From a virus (Duplodnaviria; Caudoviricetes): a stretch of 30,910 nucleotides of DNA. Shown here one piece after another: positions 1 through 7,838 of the stretch. The notes below the pieces were generated by a model. The model was not told the DNA's origin. It saw only the letters and a program-made list of their open reading frames with translations, and searched no databases. Location: positions 1-30,910 of IMG/VR virus record IMGVR_UViG_3300042140_000258; one strand, given 5' to 3'. The stretch's first letter is position 1. Each line of letters begins with the position of its first letter. The position numbers and the translations under genes are program-made.

Positions 1-144
1 AAAGAGATATGGTCGAGGCGGATCTCCGACCGCGTCTACGTCTATGACGCGGACGAGATCGAGCGACTTGCGGCCGAGCGCGACAAGTTGCGGGCCGAGG
101 GTAAGCTCTGCGGACGCCGCCCCCGAGGCCGGAAAACGGCCTAA
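1..144 (+). CDS. 5'-truncated small basic protein, possibly excisionase/HTH-like C-terminus
   Basis: Frame 1 open to TAA at 142-144: KEIWSRRISDRVYVYDADEIERLAAERDKLRAEGKLCGRRPRGRKTA. Confidence 0.55.
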   Translation, partial: KEIWSRRISDRVYVYDADEIERLAAERDKLRAEGKLCGRRPRGRKTA

Positions 145-177
145 ATCTTGCGGGATCACGAGCCGAAAAAAATGCTG

Positions 178-207
178 TTGACGAATTGGAGATCGGGAGA
201 ATACATT
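178..207 (+). promoter_or_regulatory. Putative sigma70-type early promoter
   Basis: TTGACG (178-183), 18 bp spacer, TACATT (202-207); A-tract upstream; AGGAG RBS at 221-225 before ATG 232. Confidence 0.5.
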
Positions 208-231
208 CCCGCCCACAGTCAGGAGCAGGCC

Positions 232-366
232 ATGCGACGGATTGACTGGAATCGGCTCATGACGGTGCTCGTGCTCGTGCGTATCGGGCAAGAGCTTGGA
301 ACGGACTCGCAGGCAGCCAGGGCGATTCATCATCTGCTCTGGCTTGCCGGCTCAATTTGGAGATAA
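232..366 (+). CDS. Hypothetical protein (44 aa)
   Basis: AGGAG RBS, ATG 232, MRRIDWNRLMTVLVLVRIG... Confidence 0.6.
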   Translation: MRRIDWNRLMTVLVLVRIGQELGTDSQAARAIHHLLWLAGSIWR

Positions 367-373
367 GGAGACA

Positions 374-610
374 ATGGGCATGGACGCCAACTTTCGGATG
401 CCGGGCGACGCGGAAGCCGCTGCGGCGGTGGCAGGGATGCAGGACCTTTACGGCCGGTCGCTGCCGTCGATCGGAGACTGGATCAACGGTTGCAGCGGCG
501 GCAAGCGGTGGGCCGGTCGCGTGCTCGACGTCGCCGGATCGACCGTGATCGTCGGCCTCGACGGCGGTGCTCAGCTCGTGGCCCCGGCCTCGGACATCGC
601 GAGGGCCTGA
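374..610 (+). CDS. Hypothetical protein, possible SH3/KOW-like beta barrel
   Basis: TAAGGAG RBS; pattern IGDWING..GKRWAGRVLDVAGSTVIV. Confidence 0.7.
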   Translation: MGMDANFRMPGDAEAAAAVAGMQDLYGRSLPSIGDWINGCSGGKRWAGRVLDVAGSTVIVGLDGGAQLVAPASDIARA

Positions 611-612
611 CC

Positions 613-870
613 ATGCTCAATAACCACGCCCACCATCGGCGCGACTACCGGGAAGGCCAGTGGGAGGCCTTCCTCCAGCGGAAGGCCCGGGCGATCCAGA
701 AGCTCATGGCCCCCGGGCGGGTGCTCGAGCAGCTCGTCGCCCAGGCCCGGCCCGTCGGGGACGGCCTCTACGCCATCCCGGCCGGCCCGGCCCTGTTCCT
801 CCGGGCAAAGGCCAGCCTCGACGAGTTCCGCGTGATCGCGAACGACACCGAAGGCGAGGTGCTGCGATGA
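613..870 (+). CDS. Hypothetical protein
   Basis: ATG 2 nt after the previous stop; GC3-rich codon usage. Confidence 0.7.
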   Translation: MLNNHAHHRRDYREGQWEAFLQRKARAIQKLMAPGRVLEQLVAQARPVGDGLYAIPAGPALFLRAKASLDEFRVIANDTEGEVLR

Positions 871-1142
871 GCGACGCGTGGCTGGGCTTCTGGCTGATCG
901 TGGCGGCGGCGTTCGTGATGACGTTCACGCTGGGGGCCGTGGCGGTCGGCCTGGCGGTGGTGATGAATCGCATGGAGGAGCCCCGTGGCGGATGCCGCGG
1001 CGGAGGATGCCGGCGGGATGCCGGTCGGCATGGATGCATCCGGTCGGGGGCGGTCGACGGACCGGCCGCCTCCGATTTCACGACGCTGGCCCGTGCGGGC
1101 TGGGTCGACATGAAGACGGTCCGGCGAATGGAGGGGAAGTGA
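867..1142 (+). CDS. Hypothetical membrane protein
   Basis: ATGA overlap, GAGGTG RBS; N-terminal hydrophobic stretch WLGFWLIVAAAFVMTFTLGAVAVGLAVV. Confidence 0.7.
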   Translation: MSDAWLGFWLIVAAAFVMTFTLGAVAVGLAVVMNRMEEPRGGCRGGGCRRDAGRHGCIRSGAVDGPAASDFTTLARAGWVDMKTVRRMEGK

Positions 1143-2062
1143 TGGCGATCAAGATCGAGCGCGGCGTCAGCCGCGGAGCGGCCCGCGTGGTGCTGCACGG
1201 CACCGAGGGCATCGGCAAGAGCACGCTGGCGGCACAGTTCCCGAACCCCGTGATCCTCGACACCGAGGACGGCACGCGGCAGATCGACTGCGCCCGCGTC
1301 CGGTGCTCCGATTGGATGACGCTCCAGGGGGCGATGGTGGACCTCGGCGGCAACGCCCAGGGCTTCGAGACTGTGGTCGTCGATTCTGTGGACTGGGCCG
1401 AGCGGCTCGCCCTCGAGCACATGCTCCGCAAGGACGGCAAGCGGAGCGTCGAGGACTACGGGTTCGGGAAGGGGTTCGTGAAGCTCGCCGAGGTCATGTC
1501 GGCGTTCCTCGGCATGGCCGACAACCTGATCGACCGCGGCGTGAACGTCGTGTTCGTCGGCCACTCGACGGTCAAACGGACGACGCCGCCCGACCTTGAC
1601 GAGGGTTGGGATCGGTACGAGCTGAAGCTCTCGCGTCAGGTGGCCCCGCTCGTCAAGGAGTGGGCCGACGCCCTCCTGTTCGCGAACTACCGGACGCGGC
1701 TGGTCGAGGGGACCGACGGCCGGACGCGGGCCAAGGGCGGGAAGGAGCGGATCCTGTTCGCGGAGAGGACCGCGGCCTGGGACGCGAAGAACCGCTACGG
1801 CCTGCTGGCCGAGCTGCCCATGACGATCGAGGCCCTCGCGCCGCTGTTCGCCGGCCCGCGGGTGGTGCCGAGCCCGAGGCCGCGAGGCGGCTGGCTGGAG
1901 CGGGTGGCCGCGGCCGACACCGTCGAGGTCCTCGGGCAGATCGCCGACGAGGCCGACCAGGCCGTGACGGCCGGCGACATGACGGAGAGCCAGCGGAACC
2001 GGCTCGACGTCGAGATCGGCAAGCGGCACGACGCGATCGAGCCGCGCGAGGTTGAGGCATGA
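1142..2062 (+). CDS. Sak4-like phage AAA ATPase / single-strand annealing recombinase (AAA_24 type)
   Basis: Walker A GTEGIGKST, LDTEDG, Walker B VVVDSVD, GFGKGF, EWADALLF and AKNRYGL motifs; followed by SSB-like gene. Confidence 0.9.
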   Translation: MAIKIERGVSRGAARVVLHGTEGIGKSTLAAQFPNPVILDTEDGTRQIDCARVRCSDWMTLQGAMVDLGGNAQGFETVVVDSVDWAERLALEHMLRKDGKRSVEDYGFGKGFVKLAEVMSAFLGMADNLIDRGVNVVFVGHSTVKRTTPPDLDEGWDRYELKLSRQVAPLVKEWADALLFANYRTRLVEGTDGRTRAKGGKERILFAERTAAWDAKNRYGLLAELPMTIEALAPLFAGPRVVPSPRPRGGWLERVAAADTVEVLGQIADEADQAVTAGDMTESQRNRLDVEIGKRHDAIEPREVEA

Positions 2063-2319
2063 GCGACTGGTTCGCGTTCTCGCGGATGCGTGGCGACGAC
2101 CAGCCGCGGACCTGGATGCGGTGGGCGGAGTTTCGGCAGGCGATCACTGCGGAGATCCCCTGCCTGAGCGACCGGGACATCAAGAAGGCCGTGAGGACGT
2201 CGCGGCCGGAAAAGCGGTACGGGCACTATCGGTACACGAACGAGCACATGGAAGCGGTCCGAGCGTATGCGGCCCGCCTGGGTTTTCTGAAGGACACGAA
2301 GGAGACGGCGAATGTCTGA
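2059..2319 (+). CDS. Hypothetical protein (possible DNA-binding)
   Basis: ATGA overlap, GAGG RBS, 86 aa. Confidence 0.7.
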   Translation: MSDWFAFSRMRGDDQPRTWMRWAEFRQAITAEIPCLSDRDIKKAVRTSRPEKRYGHYRYTNEHMEAVRAYAARLGFLKDTKETANV

Positions 2320-2845
2320 CGACGCGATCGACTGGGGCGACTGGGGTGGCGAAGAACAGGAAGCGAAGCTGCTGCCGGCGGGCGAGTACGAGGGGACCAT
2401 CACGGTCGCCACGTGGGGGCACGCCGAGTGGGCGGCCCAGAAGCTGCCGGAGTGCGGCGGGAACTTGTTGAAGGTCAAGGTGGAGATCGACGCTCCGGCC
2501 GGCTACGCCGAGGCCTGGACGAACATCCCGCGGATGAAGTCGCGGCGGTGGCAGTTCCGGCTCGTGTGTGCGGCGGCTGGCGTCGAGGCTCCGTCGAAGG
2601 ACGGCCCGGCTTGGAGCCCGGCGTGCCTGGTCGGGAAGCGGGTCCGGGTGTCGACCTCGATCTACACGAACGAGCGGACCGGCGACAGCAAGGTCCAGAT
2701 CGACAAGTGGTTCCCGGCTGAGTCGTGGACGCAGCCCGACGCCGGCCAGCCGAAGCCGGCCGAGAAGCCTGTGGTCCACCGGACGCCGACCCAGAAGGCC
2801 GACGCGGCCTCCGGCGTGATGCCCAACGACGACATCCCGTTTTGA
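2312..2845 (+). CDS. Phage SSB-like protein (DUF669-like)
   Basis: LLPAGEYEGTI N-terminal motif, LVGKRVRV, acidic C-terminal DDIPF tail; near Sak4-like gene. Confidence 0.8.
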   Translation: MSDDAIDWGDWGGEEQEAKLLPAGEYEGTITVATWGHAEWAAQKLPECGGNLLKVKVEIDAPAGYAEAWTNIPRMKSRRWQFRLVCAAAGVEAPSKDGPAWSPACLVGKRVRVSTSIYTNERTGDSKVQIDKWFPAESWTQPDAGQPKPAEKPVVHRTPTQKADAASGVMPNDDIPF

Positions 2846-2853
2846 GGTGCAAC

Positions 2854-3105
2854 GTGGCAAAGGTCCACAAGATCGAGGTCTACGGGTGCGACGTCACGGT
2901 CTACGCGAAGGACGGCGAGCTGATCGACGTCCACGGCGTGCCGATGGTGCAGCTGCGGCACGGCACGATCGTGAAGCCGGACGGCTTCCGCGCCAGCCTC
3001 GCGGACGCGAAGCGGGAGGCGGCGAAGAAGATCGACGACATCCGCGAGCGGCTTGCCGAGCGGGCCGCTGAGCTGCGGCAGGAGGCGGACGCATGGAATG
3101 GGTAA
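2854..3105 (+). CDS. Hypothetical protein
   Basis: GAGGTG RBS, GTG start, C-terminal coiled-coil-like segment. Confidence 0.7.
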   Translation: MAKVHKIEVYGCDVTVYAKDGELIDVHGVPMVQLRHGTIVKPDGFRASLADAKREAAKKIDDIRERLAERAAELRQEADAWNG

Positions 3106-3335
3106 TCCGGAGAGGCAATACCGCGATCGGCGTCCGCTCGGCGATCGAGATCGTCTGCGGCCGTCTGGAGTACCTCGCCACGAAGCGGCCGGACAACCCG
3201 CGGCTGCTGATCGAGGAGGCCTTGGGGTACGCCAGGACGGTGCGGTCGTGGGTCGTGGAAAACGAGCCGCCCCCGCCGCCACGGGTGCCGAAGCGAGACA
3301 CGAGCGGGAAGCCAGGGCCGATGTCGGACGGATAG
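3093..3335 (+). CDS. Hypothetical protein
   Basis: GGAGG RBS, overlap with upstream gene. Confidence 0.65.
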   Translation: MEWVIRRGNTAIGVRSAIEIVCGRLEYLATKRPDNPRLLIEEALGYARTVRSWVVENEPPPPPRVPKRDTSGKPGPMSDG

Positions 3336-3343
3336 GAGATCAC

Positions 3344-3471
3344 CGGCCGCTCCCGGCCGCAGGGGCTGACTCATCGCAGCCCCAGGGAGGACGCCGCGGG
3401 CGGTCGTCTGAAACACCCGCAGCCGGAGCCGGAGACCTTTCCGCCGGCGATCCGACCGCCGGCCCGGCGTC
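3344..3471 (+). ncRNA. Candidate structured RNA (multi-stem intergenic element)
   Basis: Stems GGGGCTG/CAGCCCC (3362-68/3377-83), CTCCC/GGGAG, GACGCCG/CGGCGTC (3390-96/3465-71) enclosing CGGG/CCCG and GCCGGCG/CGCCGGC (3443-49/3457-63). Confidence 0.4.
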
Positions 3472-3499
3472 ACAGGGCAAATACACGGAGGGCAGACGA

Positions 3500-3814
3500 A
3501 TGGCACTGCAGACGAGCATGGACGCGATCGAATCGCTGCCGATCTTCGCGGCGGCACGGAAGACCGACCCGCCGACGTCGCACGCTGCTGCCCGTCGCGT
3601 TGGCGAGTTTCGCGGTGAGCACGCCCGCAAGATCCTGCAGGCGTTGTCGCTCGGCCCGGCTGGTCAAAGCGTGATCGCGGAGCGATGCGGACTGCTACCG
3701 CACCAGGTGAACAAACGGATCGCGGAACTTGCCAGGGCGGGAATGATCCTCGAGACGGGCCGCGTGGTCGAGAGTGCAAGCGGCAGGGGCGAGAGGGAAT
3801 GGAGGGTGGCGTAA
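3500..3814 (+). CDS. Winged-helix (MarR-like) DNA-binding protein
   Basis: GGAGG RBS; ARKTDPPTSHAAA motif and HTH GQSVIAERCGLLPHQVNKRIAELARAGMI. Confidence 0.8.
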   Translation: MALQTSMDAIESLPIFAAARKTDPPTSHAAARRVGEFRGEHARKILQALSLGPAGQSVIAERCGLLPHQVNKRIAELARAGMILETGRVVESASGRGEREWRVA

Positions 3815-4008
3815 CGATCGCAAATCTTGGCTTTGATCCAGAGATCGCCGAGGTGGTGAATGAGCTTCGTGCTCGCAAGCTGGAGCGTAAGCGAATGACC
3901 CCTTGGGATGGTTCACAGAGAAGGCGAAAGCCTCGTCACTGCGTCACGACGACGCTGCGTCTGTGTCCGCGGCAGAGGGCAAAGCGACTGGAGACCAGCG
4001 GCGGATGA
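3799..4008 (+). CDS. Possible small hypothetical protein
   Basis: ATG 3799 with GAGGG upstream; atypical codon usage, may be non-coding. Confidence 0.3.
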   Translation: MEGGVTIANLGFDPEIAEVVNELRARKLERKRMTPWDGSQRRRKPRHCVTTTLRLCPRQRAKRLETSGG

Positions 4009-4062
4009 TTGCGAACAACGGCGGCGTCTCGTTGACGTGCTGCACATAACGAAAGGGAAACA

Positions 4063-4695
4063 ATGAGCACCGAACTGGCAACACGACCGAAAGGTCTAGA
4101 CCGCTGCGCGGATCAGATCCGCACAGCGCAGCACAAGGCCCAGCGGTCATTCGCTGAATACATCGAAACCGTCGGCGGCGAACTGGAAAAGGCCCAGCGT
4201 CTACTCGCCGATCACCACGCCGGATTCGGCCAGTGGGTGCGGGATGAGTTTGGGTGGAGTACGTCGCAGGCCGACCAGCTCATCAAGGCCAAGCGGACTA
4301 TGAGCCTACTTTCCGCAACTGCGGAAACTAAGAATCTTCCGCTGCCAGCTACAGAGAGCCAGTGCCGCCCGCTTGCGTCACTTCCAGCCGAAGACGTTCC
4401 GGTTGTGTGGGAGCAAATCTGCGCGGCATCCGAGCAGACCGGCAAGCCGATTACCGCAGCGGTCGTAAAGGCTGTCGTGGACGAGTTGTCGCCGGAACAG
4501 AAGCCGTCCGCCAAGCCTCGCAAGCATGTCGCCAAGAACGCAGCAGAACGCCAGGCCGACGAAGAAATCGAGCCGGATCGGATGCTCGATGAGATCAGCT
4601 ACTACGCACTCGCTTTTCTCGATGCGTGCCCCGAGAGAGCGGAAGAACTGGAAGGGCTTTTGTTGACCTGGGTTTCCCGTTGCAAACAAAGGTGA
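4063..4695 (+). CDS. DUF3102-like DNA-binding protein
   Basis: GGELEKAQRLL..HAGFGQWVRDEFGWSTSQADQLIK helical motif, then PATESQCRPLASL..VWEQ motif; lower-GC codon usage. Confidence 0.7.
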   Translation: MSTELATRPKGLDRCADQIRTAQHKAQRSFAEYIETVGGELEKAQRLLADHHAGFGQWVRDEFGWSTSQADQLIKAKRTMSLLSATAETKNLPLPATESQCRPLASLPAEDVPVVWEQICAASEQTGKPITAAVVKAVVDELSPEQKPSAKPRKHVAKNAAERQADEEIEPDRMLDEISYYALAFLDACPERAEELEGLLLTWVSRCKQR

Positions 4696-4698
4696 CAC

Positions 4699-6102
4699 AT
4701 GAAAGAGCAAATGGATCTTGGCGGCGGCATTTTCAATTTCTTTGCCAACACCAGCCTGTCTTGGCCCAAGTGTTTCAAGGAGCTGATCGACAACTCACTC
4801 GACCAGAACGCCTCGCACATCACGATTCGAATTGAGTCGCGTCGCAAGAACCTTTCGGTCAGCATCGAAGACAACGGAGGCGGATGCGACGACCTCCGGC
4901 GCATGGTTTCGCCTGGCGTCCATCATCGCACGAGCACGACGCTGGCGGGGCAGTACGGAATTGGGTTCACGGCGGCCGCTTGTTGGATCACTCAAGTCGG
5001 AACGGCCACGATTAGCACAGTCAAGGCCGGCGTGCGACGTATGGCCACGATCAACTACCGGGAAATGATGGAGTGCGGAGACACATCGTTTGAGGTTCAG
5101 GATCGCCCAGTCGCCGCTGCCGCCGGAATGAAGATTCACTTCCCGATGTGCGGCAAGTCGCTCAACGACGTTGGGCGACTGCTTGATGAGCTTTCGTTTT
5201 TCTACGCGATGAGGCTCAAAGAGGGCGTCAAGATTGAGGCGATCCACAACGGCGAGTCTCGCATCCTTCGGCCTAACCTTGGGCCAGATCTTCGCGACAA
5301 GGTTGTCGTGAGCGGCGAGATCGACGGAAAGCCATTCAGCGGCTGGTTCGGGATCATCTGTGATGGCGAGAAAGCGACTCGGCACGGCATGAGCGTGTTT
5401 TGGGGACACCGTCTCATGCAGACAACTGGCGACTGCTGCGGTGACTTCAACACTGCCCGCGTGTACGGTGTGCTGAACTTGGGAATTGAGTTCCAGCCAA
5501 ACCCGCTAAAGGACGGTCTTGCCGACGAAGACGAGTGGAACGATCTGATGCAGGCCGTCTACCAGCAGATCCGGCCTGTCCTTGAGCAGGCCGATGCTGA
5601 GGCCGAAGACTTTGAGTGGTCGTCTCTTTGCAGCGACATTGAGATGGAAATGAATGATGCCGTTAAGGGCAGGCGAGATCAAAAGCCTGACGGAGAAGAT
5701 GGCACTGTCGAGCCTGCCGAAACTGGCAGGCGACACAAGCGTTTCTCAAAGACGCAAACAAGCGAAGCGGCCGAAGCGCTGTCAAAGGCTAGTAGGTGGA
5801 AGATTCGTGTTCACCACGTCGCCGGAAACGAGGTGATCGTCAGGCACGAAATCCGCAACAAAGAGCTTCATATCTTTGTTGACAAGGAGCATTCGTGGTT
5901 CGCTGACTGCGAGCGGCTTCGGCGTCGCGGTCGCGTCGAATCAGTCATCTGCCACGAGATCGCGAGGGCAGCTTCGTCGGACGATTACAAGAAGCTCCCG
6001 CTGCTGGCGATGATCCACAAGGCCGGCGACATGAACGACGACCCTGTCGCCATCTACATGACAGCAGTGGCTTCGCGGGCTTGCGGCTTCGCGAACGCAT
6101 GA
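4699..6102 (+). CDS. GHKL (HATPase_c) ATPase, MORC-like
   Basis: ELIDNSLD (N box), IEDNGGG (G1), GQYGIG (G2); MORC-type S5 motifs HGMSVFWGHRLM and RVYGVLNL..FQPNPLKD. Confidence 0.85.
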   Translation: MKEQMDLGGGIFNFFANTSLSWPKCFKELIDNSLDQNASHITIRIESRRKNLSVSIEDNGGGCDDLRRMVSPGVHHRTSTTLAGQYGIGFTAAACWITQVGTATISTVKAGVRRMATINYREMMECGDTSFEVQDRPVAAAAGMKIHFPMCGKSLNDVGRLLDELSFFYAMRLKEGVKIEAIHNGESRILRPNLGPDLRDKVVVSGEIDGKPFSGWFGIICDGEKATRHGMSVFWGHRLMQTTGDCCGDFNTARVYGVLNLGIEFQPNPLKDGLADEDEWNDLMQAVYQQIRPVLEQADAEAEDFEWSSLCSDIEMEMNDAVKGRRDQKPDGEDGTVEPAETGRRHKRFSKTQTSEAAEALSKASRWKIRVHHVAGNEVIVRHEIRNKELHIFVDKEHSWFADCERLRRRGRVESVICHEIARAASSDDYKKLPLLAMIHKAGDMNDDPVAIYMTAVASRACGFANA

Positions 6103-6108
6103 TCGACG

Positions 6109-6153
6109 CCGCCCTCGTGATAGGCACGATGCCGCTTCGACGCGGCGGGGCGG
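6109..6153 (+). other. Compact three-way-junction stem-loop element
   Basis: CCGCCC/GGGCGG closing TCGTG/CACGA and GCCGC-TTCGAC-GCGGC hairpins, directly before the GGAG RBS. Confidence 0.5.
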
Positions 6154-6166
6154 AATGGAGTGAACC

Positions 6167-6364
6167 ATGGCAACCCACTGGCAGGAACAACGTCTCCGCG
6201 AAGAACGCTCTGAGCGGATCAAGGAACAGGAGTCCAAGCGTGACCACGAGCTCGAGCAGGCTGTCATCGCCTACCACACCCACCGGATCGCGGGCGGAAC
6301 GATGATGTGGGCGGAGTTCCGGATGGATTGGATCAAGACGAACGGAGGCCAGGATGGCCGGTGA
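6167..6364 (+). CDS. Hypothetical protein (65 aa)
   Basis: GGAG RBS, overlaps next gene. Confidence 0.7.
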   Translation: MATHWQEQRLREERSERIKEQESKRDHELEQAVIAYHTHRIAGGTMMWAEFRMDWIKTNGGQDGR

Positions 6365-7205
6365 GTGGCTCGCAATCGACATTGGGCTGCCGGACAAGCC
6401 GGAGGTTCAGGAGCTGATCGACCTGACCGGGCAGCCGGTCGAGTACGTCTGCTTCCGGCTCTACCGGCTCTGGTCGTGGGCCGCCGTCCACTGTGCCGAC
6501 GGCACGGCCAGGATGACCGTCCCGAGGCTGGCGAGGACATGCGGTGGTGATGACGCCTTCTGGCGGGCCGTGGCGGCCGTCGGGTGGCTGGAGATCGACG
6601 AGACGGCCGCTACCGTTGCTGTCCCCGGGTGGGACCGCCGGTTCAGCCAGGCGGCCAAGGCGAGACTCCAGCACCAGGACCGTGCCAAGGCCCAAAACGA
6701 GCGGGATCCGGACCGCAGGAAGCGTTCCGGGACTGCCTGCGCGACAGCGCAGCCGTTGACTGCGCCGCCGCGCAGTAGAGGAGAGGAGAGGAGAGAAGAA
6801 GTTCCTCCTCCTCCGCGCGAGGCTTCGCCACCGGACCCGGCAAGCTGGGCAACCCTGCGGAACGCGTGGAACGCCGGGCCGGGGAGGCCATGGAAGCCCG
6901 CAGAGCCCCCAGACGGGGGCACAGAGCGGCTTTCGGAGCCCGGGTGGCTCACGGATGCCGTCGAGGCGATCGGCCGTCTGCGGGCCTGCCGGTACTTCGA
7001 GACGCCGGTGGCCCTCGGGCAGTTCGTGAAGCCTGGCTTCGTCGCCAAGGTGCTGGGAGGGCAGTACGACGCCCCGAAGAACCGGCCGGCGGCGTCTGGC
7101 CGGCCGGACGAGCGTCCGCCGGCCCAGGGGTTCACCGGCGATGACGCTGCCCGGTTCGAGGCCACGAAGCGGGCCATGGCCGCCAAACTGCGGGAGGCAT
7201 CATGA
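6354..7205 (+). CDS. Phage replication initiator (O-like)
   Basis: MAGEWLAIDIGLPDKPEV...LYRLWSWA N-terminus, RGEERREE linker, KVLGGQYD C-terminal motif typical of lambdoid replication proteins. Confidence 0.75.
   Translation: MAGEWLAIDIGLPDKPEVQELIDLTGQPVEYVCFRLYRLWSWAAVHCADGTARMTVPRLARTCGGDDAFWRAVAAVGWLEIDETAATVAVPGWDRRFSQAAKARLQHQDRAKAQNERDPDRRKRSGTACATAQPLTAPPRSRGEERREEVPPPPREASPPDPASWATLRNAWNAGPGRPWKPAEPPDGGTERLSEPGWLTDAVEAIGRLRACRYFETPVALGQFVKPGFVAKVLGGQYDAPKNRPAASGRPDERPPAQGFTGDDAARFEATKRAMAAKLREAS
6737..6814. repeat. Putative replication origin: two palindromic iterons plus purine tract
   Basis: CTGCGC-N4-GCGCAG at 6737-6752 and 6760-6775, then purine-only AGAGGAGAGGAGAGGAGAGAAGAAG and pyrimidine TTCCTCCTCCTCC, inside the initiator gene. 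Confidence 0.55.
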
Positions 7206-7408
7206 CCGACCGCGACCACTTCGCCGCTGCGGCGCTGACGGGGCTGATCGCACGAGCAGGCGAAATACCGTTTGATGGAGTCGCGGACTGCTACGAATGG
7301 GCCGACGCCATGCTCCGCGAGAGTGGGCGTTGCCCGGCGCGGATGGAGTTTCCGGCTCCGTCCGACGCTGGCCGGGACTCGCCGGGCGAGGGCAAGCGGC
7401 TGGGATGA
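7202..7408 (+). CDS. Phage hypothetical protein (RDxFAAxALxGL...ADAML family)
   Basis: MTDRDHFAAAALTGLIA...CYEWADAMLRE; ATGA overlap and GGAGG RBS. Confidence 0.7.
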   Translation: MTDRDHFAAAALTGLIARAGEIPFDGVADCYEWADAMLRESGRCPARMEFPAPSDAGRDSPGEGKRLG

Positions 7409-7493
7409 GAACGCCAGCGATCAGCGGCCCGCGACCGCTGACTTACCATTCCGGCAGACGGCATCGCGGGTCCGCTGCATCGCGTGGTTCGCA
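7406..7493 (-). mobile_element. Integron attC-like recombination site
   Basis: Minus strand: TGCGAAC-CACGCGA-TGCAGCGGAC-CCGCGA...TCGCGG-GCCGCTGA-TCGCTGGC-GTTCTCA; R''/R' AAC..GTT cores, L boxes, unpaired spacer, two extra unpaired bases. Confidence 0.75.
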
Positions 7494-7496
7494 AGC

Positions 7497-7838
7497 ATGG
7501 CTGACGGCAAAGGATGCAAGTGTGCGGCACACTCAGAGTCCGAGTGCGGCTGCGATGCCGATTGGACGCCGCAAGAGGTGTACGACCTGCGAGCCGAAAA
7601 CAAGCGGCTGGAAGAGGCAATCTGCCGATTGGCAGAGCAGGACGCCACGCTGTCGCTGCTGTGCAAACGGGACGGCAGTTGCGTGGTGACGGTGACGATG
7701 GATGGGACGCTCACCGACGAGGAGCGGGAGGCAGTCCGTTGGGCCGCCGAAACGATTCCGGCGATGGCGCACAAGGCGGCCGCAATCGCACACTGCCACG
7801 CGGAGACGCTTCGTAAACTGGACGAACGATTGGGATGA
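7497..7838 (+). CDS. Hypothetical protein with Cys-rich N-terminus (cassette gene)
   Basis: ATG just after attC-like site; CKCAAHSESECGC, coiled-coil, LTDEEREAV...ETLRKLDERLG. Confidence 0.65.
   Translation: MADGKGCKCAAHSESECGCDADWTPQEVYDLRAENKRLEEAICRLAEQDATLSLLCKRDGSCVVTVTMDGTLTDEEREAVRWAAETIPAMAHKAAAIAHCHAETLRKLDERLG

Noticed and set aside
3336-3499. Hammerhead ribozyme suggested by CTGA and GAAAC
   Set aside because: CUGANGA core and required stem geometry not found on either strand
6109-6153. tRNA gene suggested by the TTCGA loop
   Set aside because: Only 45 nt with two arms; no cloverleaf or anticodon arm
7405-7689. ORF reading through the attC-like site from ATG 7405
   Set aside because: Overlaps the better-supported 7497-7838 ORF in another frame and has no protein-like features
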